Source: Candidatus Coprovivens sp. | GTDB taxonomy: Bacteria > Bacillota_I > Bacilli_A > RF39 > UBA660 | DNA: 64,000 nucleotides | Direction of reading: 5' to 3' | NCBI GenBank assembly: GCA_051892935.1 | Contig: JBJFGS010000011.1 | Coordinates: forward strand, 1 to 64,000 | Shown here: positions 20,375-30,101 of the stretch, piece by piece | Position numbering within the stretch: the stretch's first letter is position 1 | Layout of the letters: each line of letters begins with the position of its first letter | Notes under the pieces: generated by a model | Databases searched by the model: none | What the model saw: only the letters and a program-made list of their open reading frames with translations | What the model was told of the DNA's origin: nothing | Translations under genes and position numbers: made by a program

Positions 20375-20454
20375 AAAATCACCTTTACCTATAATATTTT
20401 AACATAAAAAGAATGTATAAAAAAGAAAGATTATTTTTTACAAAAAAAGAAGTA

Positions 20455-22191
20455 TTAGAAATCTAATACTTCTGGACTATATAGACTTTTATATATTACT
20501 GATTTTTTCATTAGTTCATTATGAGTACCTGAAGCACTAACTTTTCCTTTATCAATAACATAAATTTCATCAGCATCCATAATTGTAGAGAGTCTATGAG
20601 CAACAATTATTATTGTATGCGTTTTAACTAAATCATCAATAGTCTTCTTTATATATTCTTGCGATTCATTATCTAAAGCCGAAGTAGCTTCATCAAATAA
20701 AATAACTTTAGTATTTTTAAGTAATGTTCTAGCAATTGCAATTCTTTGCTTTTGACCACCACTTAAATTAACTCCACCTTCACCAATTAAAGTATCATAT
20801 TGGTTAGGCAATGACATAATATAATCATCTATATAAGCTTTCTTGCAAACATCTCTTACTTCATCTAAAGTAACATCTTCTTTTACAACTTTAAAATTTT
20901 CTAAAATAGTAGTATTAAATAAATAAGGTGATTGTCTAATAACAGATATACTATCTCTTAGTGAATCCTCACTCAATTTTTTTATATCAATACCATTTAT
21001 TCTAATACTGCCTTTAGTACAATCAAAATATCTTAATAATAGATTAAATAGTGTACTCTTTCCATTACCAGATTTACCAACAATCGCAATTTTCTTATTT
21101 GGTTCTAATTTCATAGATAAACCATTTAATATATAATCTTTATCTTCTTTTCGATATTTAAATTTAACATTCTTAAACTCTATCTCACATTTTTCATCAT
21201 TAATACTTTCTTTACCATACTTCTCATCTTCATACAATTTATTATTTAATATCTCATCTATTCTTTTTAAAGAAACTGTTACTTTATTAAAATAAACACC
21301 AAATTCAGAAAGAGATTCAACAACATCATCTATTCTCCAAATATACTTTTCTATTAAAACAAAAGAAGCAAAAGTAATAATACCATTAAAAACCTGCATT
21401 CCTAATGTAAATAAAATTAAAAACTGGATAATAAAATAACATAAATTATTTAAACTATAATAATAAGCTTCATTAACACCTATTTTCTTTTGTTTATTAA
21501 ATAAGTTTTCTATATTAATATATATTCTTCTATTTATATTTTCTTTAATTCCTAAAGCTTTTATTTCTCTAATACCAGCAATATTCTGTGTAGCAACTTT
21601 TACATATTCATCAGAATCCTTTTTAATTTCTTCATGAATTTTTTTTAATTTTGGATAATAAATATTAGATAAAATAAACATAACAACACATAATAGTAAC
21701 AATTCTAAACCTACTATCCCAGATATAGTAAATGATATAATAGCAATAACAATAGCAATAATCAATCTACAAGATAACTTGATCAACTTCTGTAATAATT
21801 CTAATATTCTATCTGGATCATTATATAAACGATTAACAAATTCTCCAGAACCAATATCTTCAAAAGCTATAGCAGGTAAATTAGAAATCTTACTATAAAG
21901 ATCTTTATTTACACATTCCATAAATTTTTTTTCTAATTTATTATATATTAAGTCTGTAGGTAATTGTACAAATACCCAAGCTATAATTATTATAGAACTC
22001 CATAAAAGCAAATATTTAATAAAATGATTTTGATTCCCTGTAGCCAAAGCTTCAAAAGCACTAGCCCATATAAAAGCATTAGCCAATGGTTCAAAGTATT
22101 TAAGTATAGTAAATATTATATAAAGAAATAGATTAAGTTTGTCGTTTTTAAAATATCTTAAAAGTATTTTAAAATGTTTCAAACCTTTCAT
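20455..22191 (-). CDS. ABC exporter, fused permease/ATPase (multidrug-type)
   Basis: N-terminal TM domain; GKSGNGKST, LSGGQKQR, DEATSALD, AHRL. Confidence 0.93.
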   Translation of the reverse strand: MKGLKHFKILLRYFKNDKLNLFLYIIFTILKYFEPLANAFIWASAFEALATGNQNHFIKYLLLWSSIIIIAWVFVQLPTDLIYNKLEKKFMECVNKDLYSKISNLPAIAFEDIGSGEFVNRLYNDPDRILELLQKLIKLSCRLIIAIVIAIISFTISGIVGLELLLLCVVMFILSNIYYPKLKKIHEEIKKDSDEYVKVATQNIAGIREIKALGIKENINRRIYINIENLFNKQKKIGVNEAYYYSLNNLCYFIIQFLILFTLGMQVFNGIITFASFVLIEKYIWRIDDVVESLSEFGVYFNKVTVSLKRIDEILNNKLYEDEKYGKESINDEKCEIEFKNVKFKYRKEDKDYILNGLSMKLEPNKKIAIVGKSGNGKSTLFNLLLRYFDCTKGSIRINGIDIKKLSEDSLRDSISVIRQSPYLFNTTILENFKVVKEDVTLDEVRDVCKKAYIDDYIMSLPNQYDTLIGEGGVNLSGGQKQRIAIARTLLKNTKVILFDEATSALDNESQEYIKKTIDDLVKTHTIIIVAHRLSTIMDADEIYVIDKGKVSASGTHNELMKKSVIYKSLYSPEVLDF

Positions 22192-22206
22192 CTTTTCCCC
22201 TCCAAT

Positions 22207-22296
22207 AAAAAATAACTATCATGTAATAGTCATTTGTCTAAAAAGTATTTCTCAAAAATTATAATTCGTGAGAAAATGCTCTAACAAATCTATTAC
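22207..22296 (-). promoter_or_regulatory. putative transcription attenuator (terminator and antiterminator)
   Basis: Terminator-like AATGACTATT-ACAT-GATAGTTATT-TTTT at 22234-22207. Its 5' arm can instead pair with GTAATAGATTTGT inside the leader ORF, in a long helix closed by TTTCTCA/TGAGAAA. Confidence 0.6.
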
Positions 22297-22339
22297 TCAT
22301 CCTCAATATAAAATTTTCTTTTTGAATTTTTTTGCTCAT
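22259..22339 (-). CDS. putative 26-aa leader peptide MSKKIQKENFILRMSNRFVRAFSHEL
   Basis: Strong RBS (GAGAGGAGTG) just upstream of ATG 22339; TGATATATT extended -10-like box upstream; stop 68 bp before the ABC gene start. Confidence 0.65.
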   Translation of the reverse strand: MSKKIQKENFILRMSNRFVRAFSHEL

Positions 22340-22386
22340 TTTCTCACTCCTCTCTCTAAAAAATTCTCCATTAATATATCATCAAT

Positions 22387-22421
22387 AAAAAAAGATGTCA
22401 ACCTTTTTGGGTTAACATCTT
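22387..22421 (-). terminator. rho-independent terminator
   Basis: AAGATGTTAACC-CAAAA-AGGTTGACATCTT followed by a T run, directly after the DUF285 gene stop. Confidence 0.7.
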
Positions 22422-24644
22422 ATTCTTTAATTAATACAACACAATCAGGAGCTTGTTTTTCTATAAATGCTTTAGCCTTTTCATCTTTTACATAGATTGT
22501 AGAACCACTTATGCCCTTAAACATGTCAGTAACATCAGCTTCTTCATTCCAATCGCTTCCACTTAAATCGAATACCGAAGGATAAACTTTACCATCAGTT
22601 GTAGAAAACATTAAAGAATAGTTAATAGAAGTACCAAAATTAACGCCAGATAAATCAAGTTCATTAACATAATTATAGTTAAACATACCTCTAGAATTTT
22701 GCAAACTACTTAAATTCCAATTTTTTAGATTTAGTTTAGCAGAAAATAATGAAAACATACCAGTAGCTTTTTCTAACTTTTCAACATTCCAATTAGATAA
22801 ATCTAATTCTTCAATTGGATTAGTAATATTTTTTGAAGGGACTAACGAACCAAACATATAATTTGCAGACGAAAGATTAGATGTATCCCAATAATATATA
22901 TCACTTAAATCAGAAACACCAACTCCCCGAAACATAGAATCCATGTTTATTGCTGAACTAGTATCAAAATCATCTAAACCAATAATTGTTTTAACCCTAC
23001 TATTTCCAATAAACATATTATCAAAATATTCAACATTCTGAGTATCTAAACCAGTAAGATCAATAGTAGTTATATTAGGATATTCATACAATAAACCAAA
23101 TATACTATGATAAAACATCCCTGTCATTCTTTTTACATTACTAGTATCCCAGTCTTTAAAATAATCAATAGTAACTTCAACTGGTGAAAGATATCTAAAA
23201 AAAGCAAACATACGTGTCATATCTTCTACCTTAGAAGTATCAAAATCATATATATCTAAATTTAATTCTCTAGAATTAGAACCAAAATATAGAAACATCG
23301 AACTCATATTAGTTACATTACTAGTATCAAAATTAGACAAATCCAAATTAATAGTTTCTGAAAAATAACCGGCTTCCCAAAACATAAAAGACATATCTGT
23401 AACATTACTTGTATCAAACATCGATAAATCTAGTTCTAAGTCTTCAGTATATTCAGCAAAACCAGCAAACATGCCACGCATACTTGTAACATTGCTCGTT
23501 TCAAACCCAGATAAATCATATTTAATCATATCTACTTGATTTCCAATACCAGTTAACATATATTCCATGTTTGTTGTTTTATTAGAAAAAAACTTTGACA
23601 TATCTAAATACTTAATGTTAAAAAAATCATTATCACTATTATTATCTTCTGCATTATAAGATGAAAATTGATAAGATGCATCTTTTGGGACAACTACACC
23701 ACCATCTTGACCAATTAAAAATAAATAACTTTCTTCTTCAGTATCTGCTAAATAAACACCTAATATAACATCACCATTTTGTTGTTCAGAAACATCATAA
23801 GTATTCTGTAGAGAAAAAGAAACATCATCAATTAAATAAGTATCACTAAGTTCCTTATAATCTTCCATAACTAAATAATGAACAAAATCCCTATCACCAT
23901 ATAATTTCCAATCGATACAAAAATCACCATCATAATCTAAATTAGCACAACTAGGAGCTAAATTAGATAGAATATAAGAAATATCAGTAGTAATATCAAT
24001 ATGTTGAACATCACTAGCTTTAACATGACTAAAATGAGAATAACCTAAAACTAAAAACAATAAAATAATCAAATATAATATTTTATTTTTTCTATATACA
24101 ATAATAAAAAGAAGAGAACATAAAATAAAAGCAATTACCACTAATACAATAATATCAAATGTATCAGGATTAATATAAGAAACATTTTCAAATAATAACT
24201 CTGCCTTAGCCTTTTCATTAAAATTTTCAATAGATAAAATATAATCAGGTTGATCAGCTTTAATAGAGTATAAAAAAGTAATAGTATCTCCTGGAGCAAT
24301 AATCTTATTCTTATCATAATTAAGTACTTCATACTTTAAATGATAATCATTATCTAACCCCTTAACATCAAAAAGCTTTTTATAATTATCCGAATCATTA
24401 GTAAGTGTAATTTGATACACTAAAGAAGCATCAGCATCATATATTACTCCTTCTGTAGAAATAATATTATCATTAATATCATTTTTTAATATTTTAGAAC
24501 CACCAGTACCACCTACAAATTCAACATCCTTTACAATAATGTCACTTTCTGCTTTTACCAACATAATTGGAATAAACAAAATAAAAGCTAAAAAACTAAA
24601 ACATTACTTTTAATAAGTTTAACACCATTATTCTTAAAATACAT
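22420..24644 (-). CDS. BspA/DUF285-repeat surface protein with an internal sorting signal and second signal peptide; 5' end frameshifted
   Basis: LSxFDTSNVTxMxxMF repeats; NPDTFD-TM-RKNK-hydrophobic-VKA. The RBS-preceded ATG at 24644 is 1 nt out of frame with the 22420..24579 ORF. Confidence 0.8.
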
Positions 24645-24716
24645 AAAAAACACTTCCTATATTATCTTTATTATACAATAGTATTATAACACATTTTAAA
24701 AATCAATCATATCAAT

Positions 24717-26015
24717 TTATAATACTTTTTTATTAGTAACATCAGAAATTAAAAATCCAGTTATCATAAAAAAGATTGGAGCAATAAACAATATTCTAAT
24801 ATTAAAAAAAGATTGAATTAAATAAGCACAAAACACAATAAAGAAAGAAACTAAAACATCATAATCATTATCAATTGATATTACTTTTTTTAAAGAAAGA
24901 ACAAATATCAAAAGCATAAATAACAAATATGTAGCAAAAGTAAATATACCTTCTGTAAACAGTATTTGAAAAAACTCGTTATGTGCTTTATAAACAGGAT
25001 TATCTCTACTAGGAGAATCATATATTAAAGTACCATAATTATAACCTAAATAAGCAAAATTATCTATTCCTATACCAGTATAAATATAATTAGAAAAATA
25101 CTTAAAAGCTTCTTTCCATATATATATTCTACCTGTCCCAAAAGAATTATCAATATTACCACTAAGAGTATTTTTTAATTCATATTTCAAATTTGAAACA
25201 TCATTACTATAATTATCATTAATTACTGATACTATATTAAATAGAATAAAAAATGAGACAAATAAAAATATAAATTTTTTACACACTAATCCCAAATTAA
25301 TTTTTTTTCTTCTAATAAAAAAACAATATAAAATCAACATAATAACTATCAATACTAAAGTCAATAAAGCTCCCATCGTTCCACATATTAGAATACCGAA
25401 CACAAACAAAAGAGTTAACAAAAAAGTTCCTTTATTATTTGTATTATCTAATAAATACTTTGGTAACCATAAACCAACCATAATAATCATATATGTTCCC
25501 ATAAAATCAGGATTAAATAAAAAACCAGAAGCTACACTCCATTTTCTTGTAACAGGAATACCAAAAACAAACTGACAATTAATAACTTGAAGAAAACCAT
25601 ACAAAACATTAAGAATTCCACAAATAGTTAAAATAATAAAAATAATATTTCTTAATTTATCTTTTTTAACCATTGTTGCCAGTAAAAAAAATGAATAATA
25701 AGAAAGTATCACAAACAAACCTTCTCTACTACCATAAAAGCCCTTCAAAGCTACCCTTTGATCAAAAGCATAATGGTACGATAAAAATAACAAAAAACTA
25801 AATAATAAGAAAAAAATGTTCCAAATTTTAAATTTATTGTATTTAATAGACAAAAAAATATAAAAAATTATAGCAATAATTCCAAAGATTTCTATAATAT
25901 AAGATACAAAATCCACACTAATAACAAAATAAGAGTATAGTATCGAACAAACATATAAAAAAATAATCAATAATATAAAAAATAAATTGATAATAAAACT
26001 ACAAATTTTCTCCAT
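24717..26015 (-). CDS. O-antigen ligase-like (Wzy_C) membrane protein
   Basis: Multi-TM; GFLFNPD, GTGRIYIW, TGIGIDNF, KAHNEFFQILFTEG. Confidence 0.85.
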   Translation of the reverse strand: MEKICSFIINLFFILLIIFLYVCSILYSYFVISVDFVSYIIEIFGIIAIIFYIFLSIKYNKFKIWNIFFLLFSFLLFLSYHYAFDQRVALKGFYGSREGLFVILSYYSFFLLATMVKKDKLRNIIFIILTICGILNVLYGFLQVINCQFVFGIPVTRKWSVASGFLFNPDFMGTYMIIMVGLWLPKYLLDNTNNKGTFLLTLLFVFGILICGTMGALLTLVLIVIMLILYCFFIRRKKINLGLVCKKFIFLFVSFFILFNIVSVINDNYSNDVSNLKYELKNTLSGNIDNSFGTGRIYIWKEAFKYFSNYIYTGIGIDNFAYLGYNYGTLIYDSPSRDNPVYKAHNEFFQILFTEGIFTFATYLLFMLLIFVLSLKKVISIDNDYDVLVSFFIVFCAYLIQSFFNIRILFIAPIFFMITGFLISDVTNKKVL

Positions 26016-26046
26016 AAAACCCTCTTAAAAAAAGCTCGTTAGAGCT

Positions 26047-27309
26047 TTAAAATTCAATTTTTTTCTTTTTTACAACAATAACTATTGAACCAATTAATAA
26101 TAATATAAACAGCATAACAGCAATATCTTCAGTTGAAGGATTTACTATGCTATTATCTTTTTCAGAAGGAACATCTTCTATTTCAGAATCCATCATAACA
26201 TCTGAATTACCTAATCCAACTAAATTATAATATAATTTATTTACATCATAAATATCATAACTTAAATAAGTAGGACATGTAAAATCATTAATATAAGAAG
26301 TATCACATATTCCATCAAAGTAACTCTTTAAGATATATAATTCTTTAGCATCCTTATCGAATAAAAAGTCTAAATATCTATAGTTTTGCTTGATTTCTTG
26401 AACTAAATTACCTTCTAAATCAAGTATTTCTATTTTATCATTATACAAACCAAGTTTAGTATCTATTTGCATTTCCTTAATTAAAATTATACAATCTCCA
26501 ACAAAATTTACTTTTTTTATTTTTTCATTTAAAGCATTTTTAATTTCAAATTCTAAGTTACCATCATAATAATATTGCAAAGAATTGTTATTATAAACCA
26601 CAAACTTTTTATCACTAACATCATACACCTTGAAAACTAAATTATTTTCAATTTTATAATCTAATTCAGGAAAATACTTTACAACATTCTCTTTATTACA
26701 ATCCATATATTCAACAGAAGTTTTATCTTCGGAAAGTTTAATCATATCACAAGAAAGATTATCATATGTTACATCAGAAGAAGATGAATTATTTAAAAAC
26801 AAAAAATAAGCATTCCCCTCAAACTCATTGAAATAATAATTATTATTATAATTAAAATAAAAAGAATAAACCTCATCTTTTAATAATTCTTTATCAAGTA
26901 TTATTTCAGAAACAACATCAAAATTATTATCATAAACGTTCAAAGAAAAAGCCTGTTTCTCAAAATAGCGACTACTATAGTGATAATTTGATATACCATA
27001 TATATATTCATCATTAACGAAAAAATAATGATCGTTAATTATAGTATTATCAAATTCACCATCACTTTTTTTATAACCAAGAAAAGAATGAATATCAGTA
27101 CGGTCATCAATATATCTAAAGCCAGTCAAAACACTATCATTAAAGTTAATTATTTTGCCTCCATTAGAAATAAGATAAGAAACAGGCTCATCATTAATAT
27201 CAATAGTTTCTTTTTTTATAAAAACATCCTTTCCATCAGCATACACAAAAGAAGAAAAAATAAAGAATAACGCAAAAAACAAAGACAACTTAAAGTACTT
27301 CACAAACAC
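26047..27309 (-). CDS. secreted protein with C-terminal NPSTED-TM-KKKK sorting signal
   Basis: Signal peptide ending VYA; C-terminus NPSTEDIAVMLFILLLIGSIVIVVKKKKIEF. Confidence 0.75.
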   Translation of the reverse strand: MFVKYFKLSLFFALFFIFSSFVYADGKDVFIKKETIDINDEPVSYLISNGGKIINFNDSVLTGFRYIDDRTDIHSFLGYKKSDGEFDNTIINDHYFFVNDEYIYGISNYHYSSRYFEKQAFSLNVYDNNFDVVSEIILDKELLKDEVYSFYFNYNNNYYFNEFEGNAYFLFLNNSSSSDVTYDNLSCDMIKLSEDKTSVEYMDCNKENVVKYFPELDYKIENNLVFKVYDVSDKKFVVYNNNSLQYYYDGNLEFEIKNALNEKIKKVNFVGDCIILIKEMQIDTKLGLYNDKIEILDLEGNLVQEIKQNYRYLDFLFDKDAKELYILKSYFDGICDTSYINDFTCPTYLSYDIYDVNKLYYNLVGLGNSDVMMDSEIEDVPSEKDNSIVNPSTEDIAVMLFILLLIGSIVIVVKKKKIEF

Positions 27310-27366
27310 ACACCTCTATCTTAAACATATTATAACATAGCACTTCAAAAAGTAAAATAATATTTA

Positions 27367-28071
27367 TTATTTTAGTTTATCAACAAAATTATGCCATTCA
27401 ATATTACTCCCACTTTCTTCATTCCAACCAACAACTCCAGGGCATTCCTTTCCAGAAACATCGTAATGTCTTATAACATGAAATTTATCAATATCATATT
27501 TTCCCATTAAATAATTTACTAAATCAACAGCAGTATTTATTGTCTGCTCTGAAAAATACCATCCTTCTGAATTATATGATAAATCATCACTATCATTACT
27601 AACACATAATTCTATACTAACACTATTTTCATTAGTAACAATGCCATATAATGAACCACCAAAATTGTCCTTTTTATCTCCGCCTACAGCCCAACTATAT
27701 CTAAAATCTATAACAGGATTATATTGATAAATATCACCATTTAAATCAACAAAAAAATCTGCACTTGCACTATCTGCACGAAGCGAATTATAATAATTAA
27801 TTATATCTACAGCACCTTTGGTTGTTCCAGTATAGTGTATTACAATATATTCAATTTCACCATTTCTCAAACTAGTATTATGATTAGAAAAGTTTTGATT
27901 AACATATACTTCTATACTTTTTTCATCATTAAAATAATCTAATTTCTTGCTTTCAAATTTTGTATCAATGATATCTAAGAATTTAGAATAATCAGCATTT
28001 TTATCAATATAAATAAAACATAATATAGTTACTAAAACAATAATAATAAAACAATAAAACCATCTACGCAT
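27367..28071 (-). CDS. N-acetylmuramoyl-L-alanine amidase (Amidase_2)
   Basis: YIVIHYT, SVSIELC, IRHYDVSGKECPG; N-terminal TM. Confidence 0.9.
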   Translation of the reverse strand: MRRWFYCFIIIVLVTILCFIYIDKNADYSKFLDIIDTKFESKKLDYFNDEKSIEVYVNQNFSNHNTSLRNGEIEYIVIHYTGTTKGAVDIINYYNSLRADSASADFFVDLNGDIYQYNPVIDFRYSWAVGGDKKDNFGGSLYGIVTNENSVSIELCVSNDSDDLSYNSEGWYFSEQTINTAVDLVNYLMGKYDIDKFHVIRHYDVSGKECPGVVGWNEESGSNIEWHNFVDKLK

Positions 28072-28166
28072 TATTAATCAAAATCTCCTTAAATTCAATA
28101 CTAAAGTGTTAATATCATACATAAATTATACCATATAAAAAGACATATCTAAATATGTCTTCTTAA

Positions 28167-28730
28167 TTACTTATCAAAACTAACTTTAACGTTTTCTCTT
28201 TCTGTACTATTAGCTTCAAAGAATTTTTCTTCTTTAAATCCAAAAATACCTGCTACTAAACTACTTGGAAACATTTGAATTTTATCATTATATTTTAGTA
28301 CAGTATCACTATAAAATTGTCTTGCAGATGATATTTTATCTTCTGTTTCAGATAACTCAGCTTGTAAACTATTAAAGTTTTCATTTGCTTTTAATTCAGG
28401 ATAAGCTTCTGCTAAAGCAAATAATTTTGAAATAGACTTAGTAAGTTCAGTATCAGCTTTAACTGCATCTTCATGTGTTGTAGCCGAAGTATATGTATTA
28501 CGAGCTTCAACAATTTCTTTTAAAGTATCTTTCTCATGTTTCATATAACCTTTTACTGTTTCTACTAAATTAGGTATTAAATCAAATCTTCTTTTTAATT
28601 GAATATCAATTTGACTCCATTGATCTCTAACCCTATTTCTTAACTGAACTAAACTATTATAAGTTGCAATAACGTAAACTAATAATAACACTAAAACAAC
28701 TAATACAATACCCAATACTATTTTATCCAT
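28167..28730 (-). CDS. lemA: LemA family protein
   Basis: WSQIDIQLKRRFDLIPNLVETVKGY, AEAYPELKAN; start ATG 28730 after GGAGG. Confidence 0.93.
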   Translation of the reverse strand: MDKIVLGIVLVVLVLLLVYVIATYNSLVQLRNRVRDQWSQIDIQLKRRFDLIPNLVETVKGYMKHEKDTLKEIVEARNTYTSATTHEDAVKADTELTKSISKLFALAEAYPELKANENFNSLQAELSETEDKISSARQFYSDTVLKYNDKIQMFPSSLVAGIFGFKEEKFFEANSTERENVKVSFDK

Positions 28731-28795
28731 ATATAATTCCTCCTTATAATAAAATAATAACACAATTCATTATTCAAAAAAAGCTTTAATTTTAA

Positions 28796-30022
28796 CTATT
28801 TTTTTATTGCTCTTTTTACTTTTCTTAAAACATTATACAATTTACCAATTAAATTAATATCTAATGTAAAAGAACCAATCAGCTCTTCAACATATCCCCC
28901 AAAACCTTTTTTAAATTCATATACACCATAATCTTTGCCTTTAGGATTAAATACATCTTGAATACCATAGAAATTATATCTTCTATACCCATTTTCAGCT
29001 GCATACTTAATAATTTCCCATTGTAATCTATATTGTCCACAAAAGGACATATATTCTGCATAAGAACCACTAAATAAATAAACTATTTCATCACCATATA
29101 ACATAAACATTGCAGCTGATAATGGAATAACACTACCTTTTTCTTCTTTAAGTTTCTTAGTTTCTTCAATCTTCTTCTTATTATTTTCTATATTCTTACG
29201 CATCTCTTCTTTTTTCTTTTTATTAGAAGAAGAATCAGATAATTCACTAATTTTAACCTCAAAATTATTATTTTCATCAGTTAAAACTTTTAAATATGTA
29301 TCTAAATCTATTTCACATATTTTAAATGTTACATCATCACCAAATGCATCATACATATCCTCATAATAAGTTAAACTCTTATCTAAAAACTCTCTTCTAT
29401 CACAAGTATCACTTGTAATTTTCTTAAATTCAGATAATTCTTCTCTACTAAGAGTCCTAACATTTAATTTAAACTTACTATTAGTTTTATTTATATTATT
29501 TCTTGTACTACTTCTAAAATCATTAAATAATTCATCACTAGTCTTACCATTTATATCTAAGCAATAACACCATTTAACTTGAGCACCATCTTCATTATAT
29601 CTATATCCCAAACTTTCTAAGTATTTTCTAATATGCCTATTATCTACTCCTTCAACAACATTAGCATCCATATCTCTTGAAACATTTGGTATATAAGGAT
29701 CTATTATTAATCTCATTACTTTTTTAGATTTTAAAAATCTTTTTATTTCTTCTGTCATAAACTTTAGTAATTCTTTATTTTCATAATCAAGAATATAACC
29801 TTTATAAGATTCAAATATTTTGTATCCCATAAATCTATGACCAGTATCCGCAATAAAAGCAGCTCCTAATATAGTTTCTTTTTCTTTAACACCTATTAAA
29901 TATACTTCCTTACCTTCTTTTTTTATTCTATCTTTCATCATAACTGTTTGAAAAAAGTTTTTCTCAGGTCTCGTATCTACAAAACTCATAAATTCTTCAT
30001 CAGTTAATTCAGTAAATTTCAT
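28796..30022 (-). CDS. FemAB/MurMN family peptidoglycan bridge aminoacyltransferase
   Basis: NFFQT, IDPY, coiled-coil insert, YLFSGS, YNFYGI, YGVYEFKKGFGG. Confidence 0.9.
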   Translation of the reverse strand: MKFTELTDEEFMSFVDTRPEKNFFQTVMMKDRIKKEGKEVYLIGVKEKETILGAAFIADTGHRFMGYKIFESYKGYILDYENKELLKFMTEEIKRFLKSKKVMRLIIDPYIPNVSRDMDANVVEGVDNRHIRKYLESLGYRYNEDGAQVKWCYCLDINGKTSDELFNDFRSSTRNNINKTNSKFKLNVRTLSREELSEFKKITSDTCDRREFLDKSLTYYEDMYDAFGDDVTFKICEIDLDTYLKVLTDENNNFEVKISELSDSSSNKKKKEEMRKNIENNKKKIEETKKLKEEKGSVIPLSAAMFMLYGDEIVYLFSGSYAEYMSFCGQYRLQWEIIKYAAENGYRRYNFYGIQDVFNPKGKDYGVYEFKKGFGGYVEELIGSFTLDINLIGKLYNVLRKVKRAIKK

Positions 30023-30068
30023 AATATCACCTATAATTAGTATACAATAAAGACATTTTTTTTAATAG

Positions 30069-30101
30069 AAAAAAAAGACTTATTTAACATAAGTCTTTTT
30101 T
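30069..30101 (-). terminator. rho-independent terminator
   Basis: AAAAAAGACTTAT-TTAAC-ATAAGTCTTTTTT inverted repeat. Confidence 0.7.

Noticed and set aside
22268-22495. 75-aa plus-strand ORF
   Set aside because: Antisense to the leader peptide, a terminator and the DUF285 gene end; no RBS.
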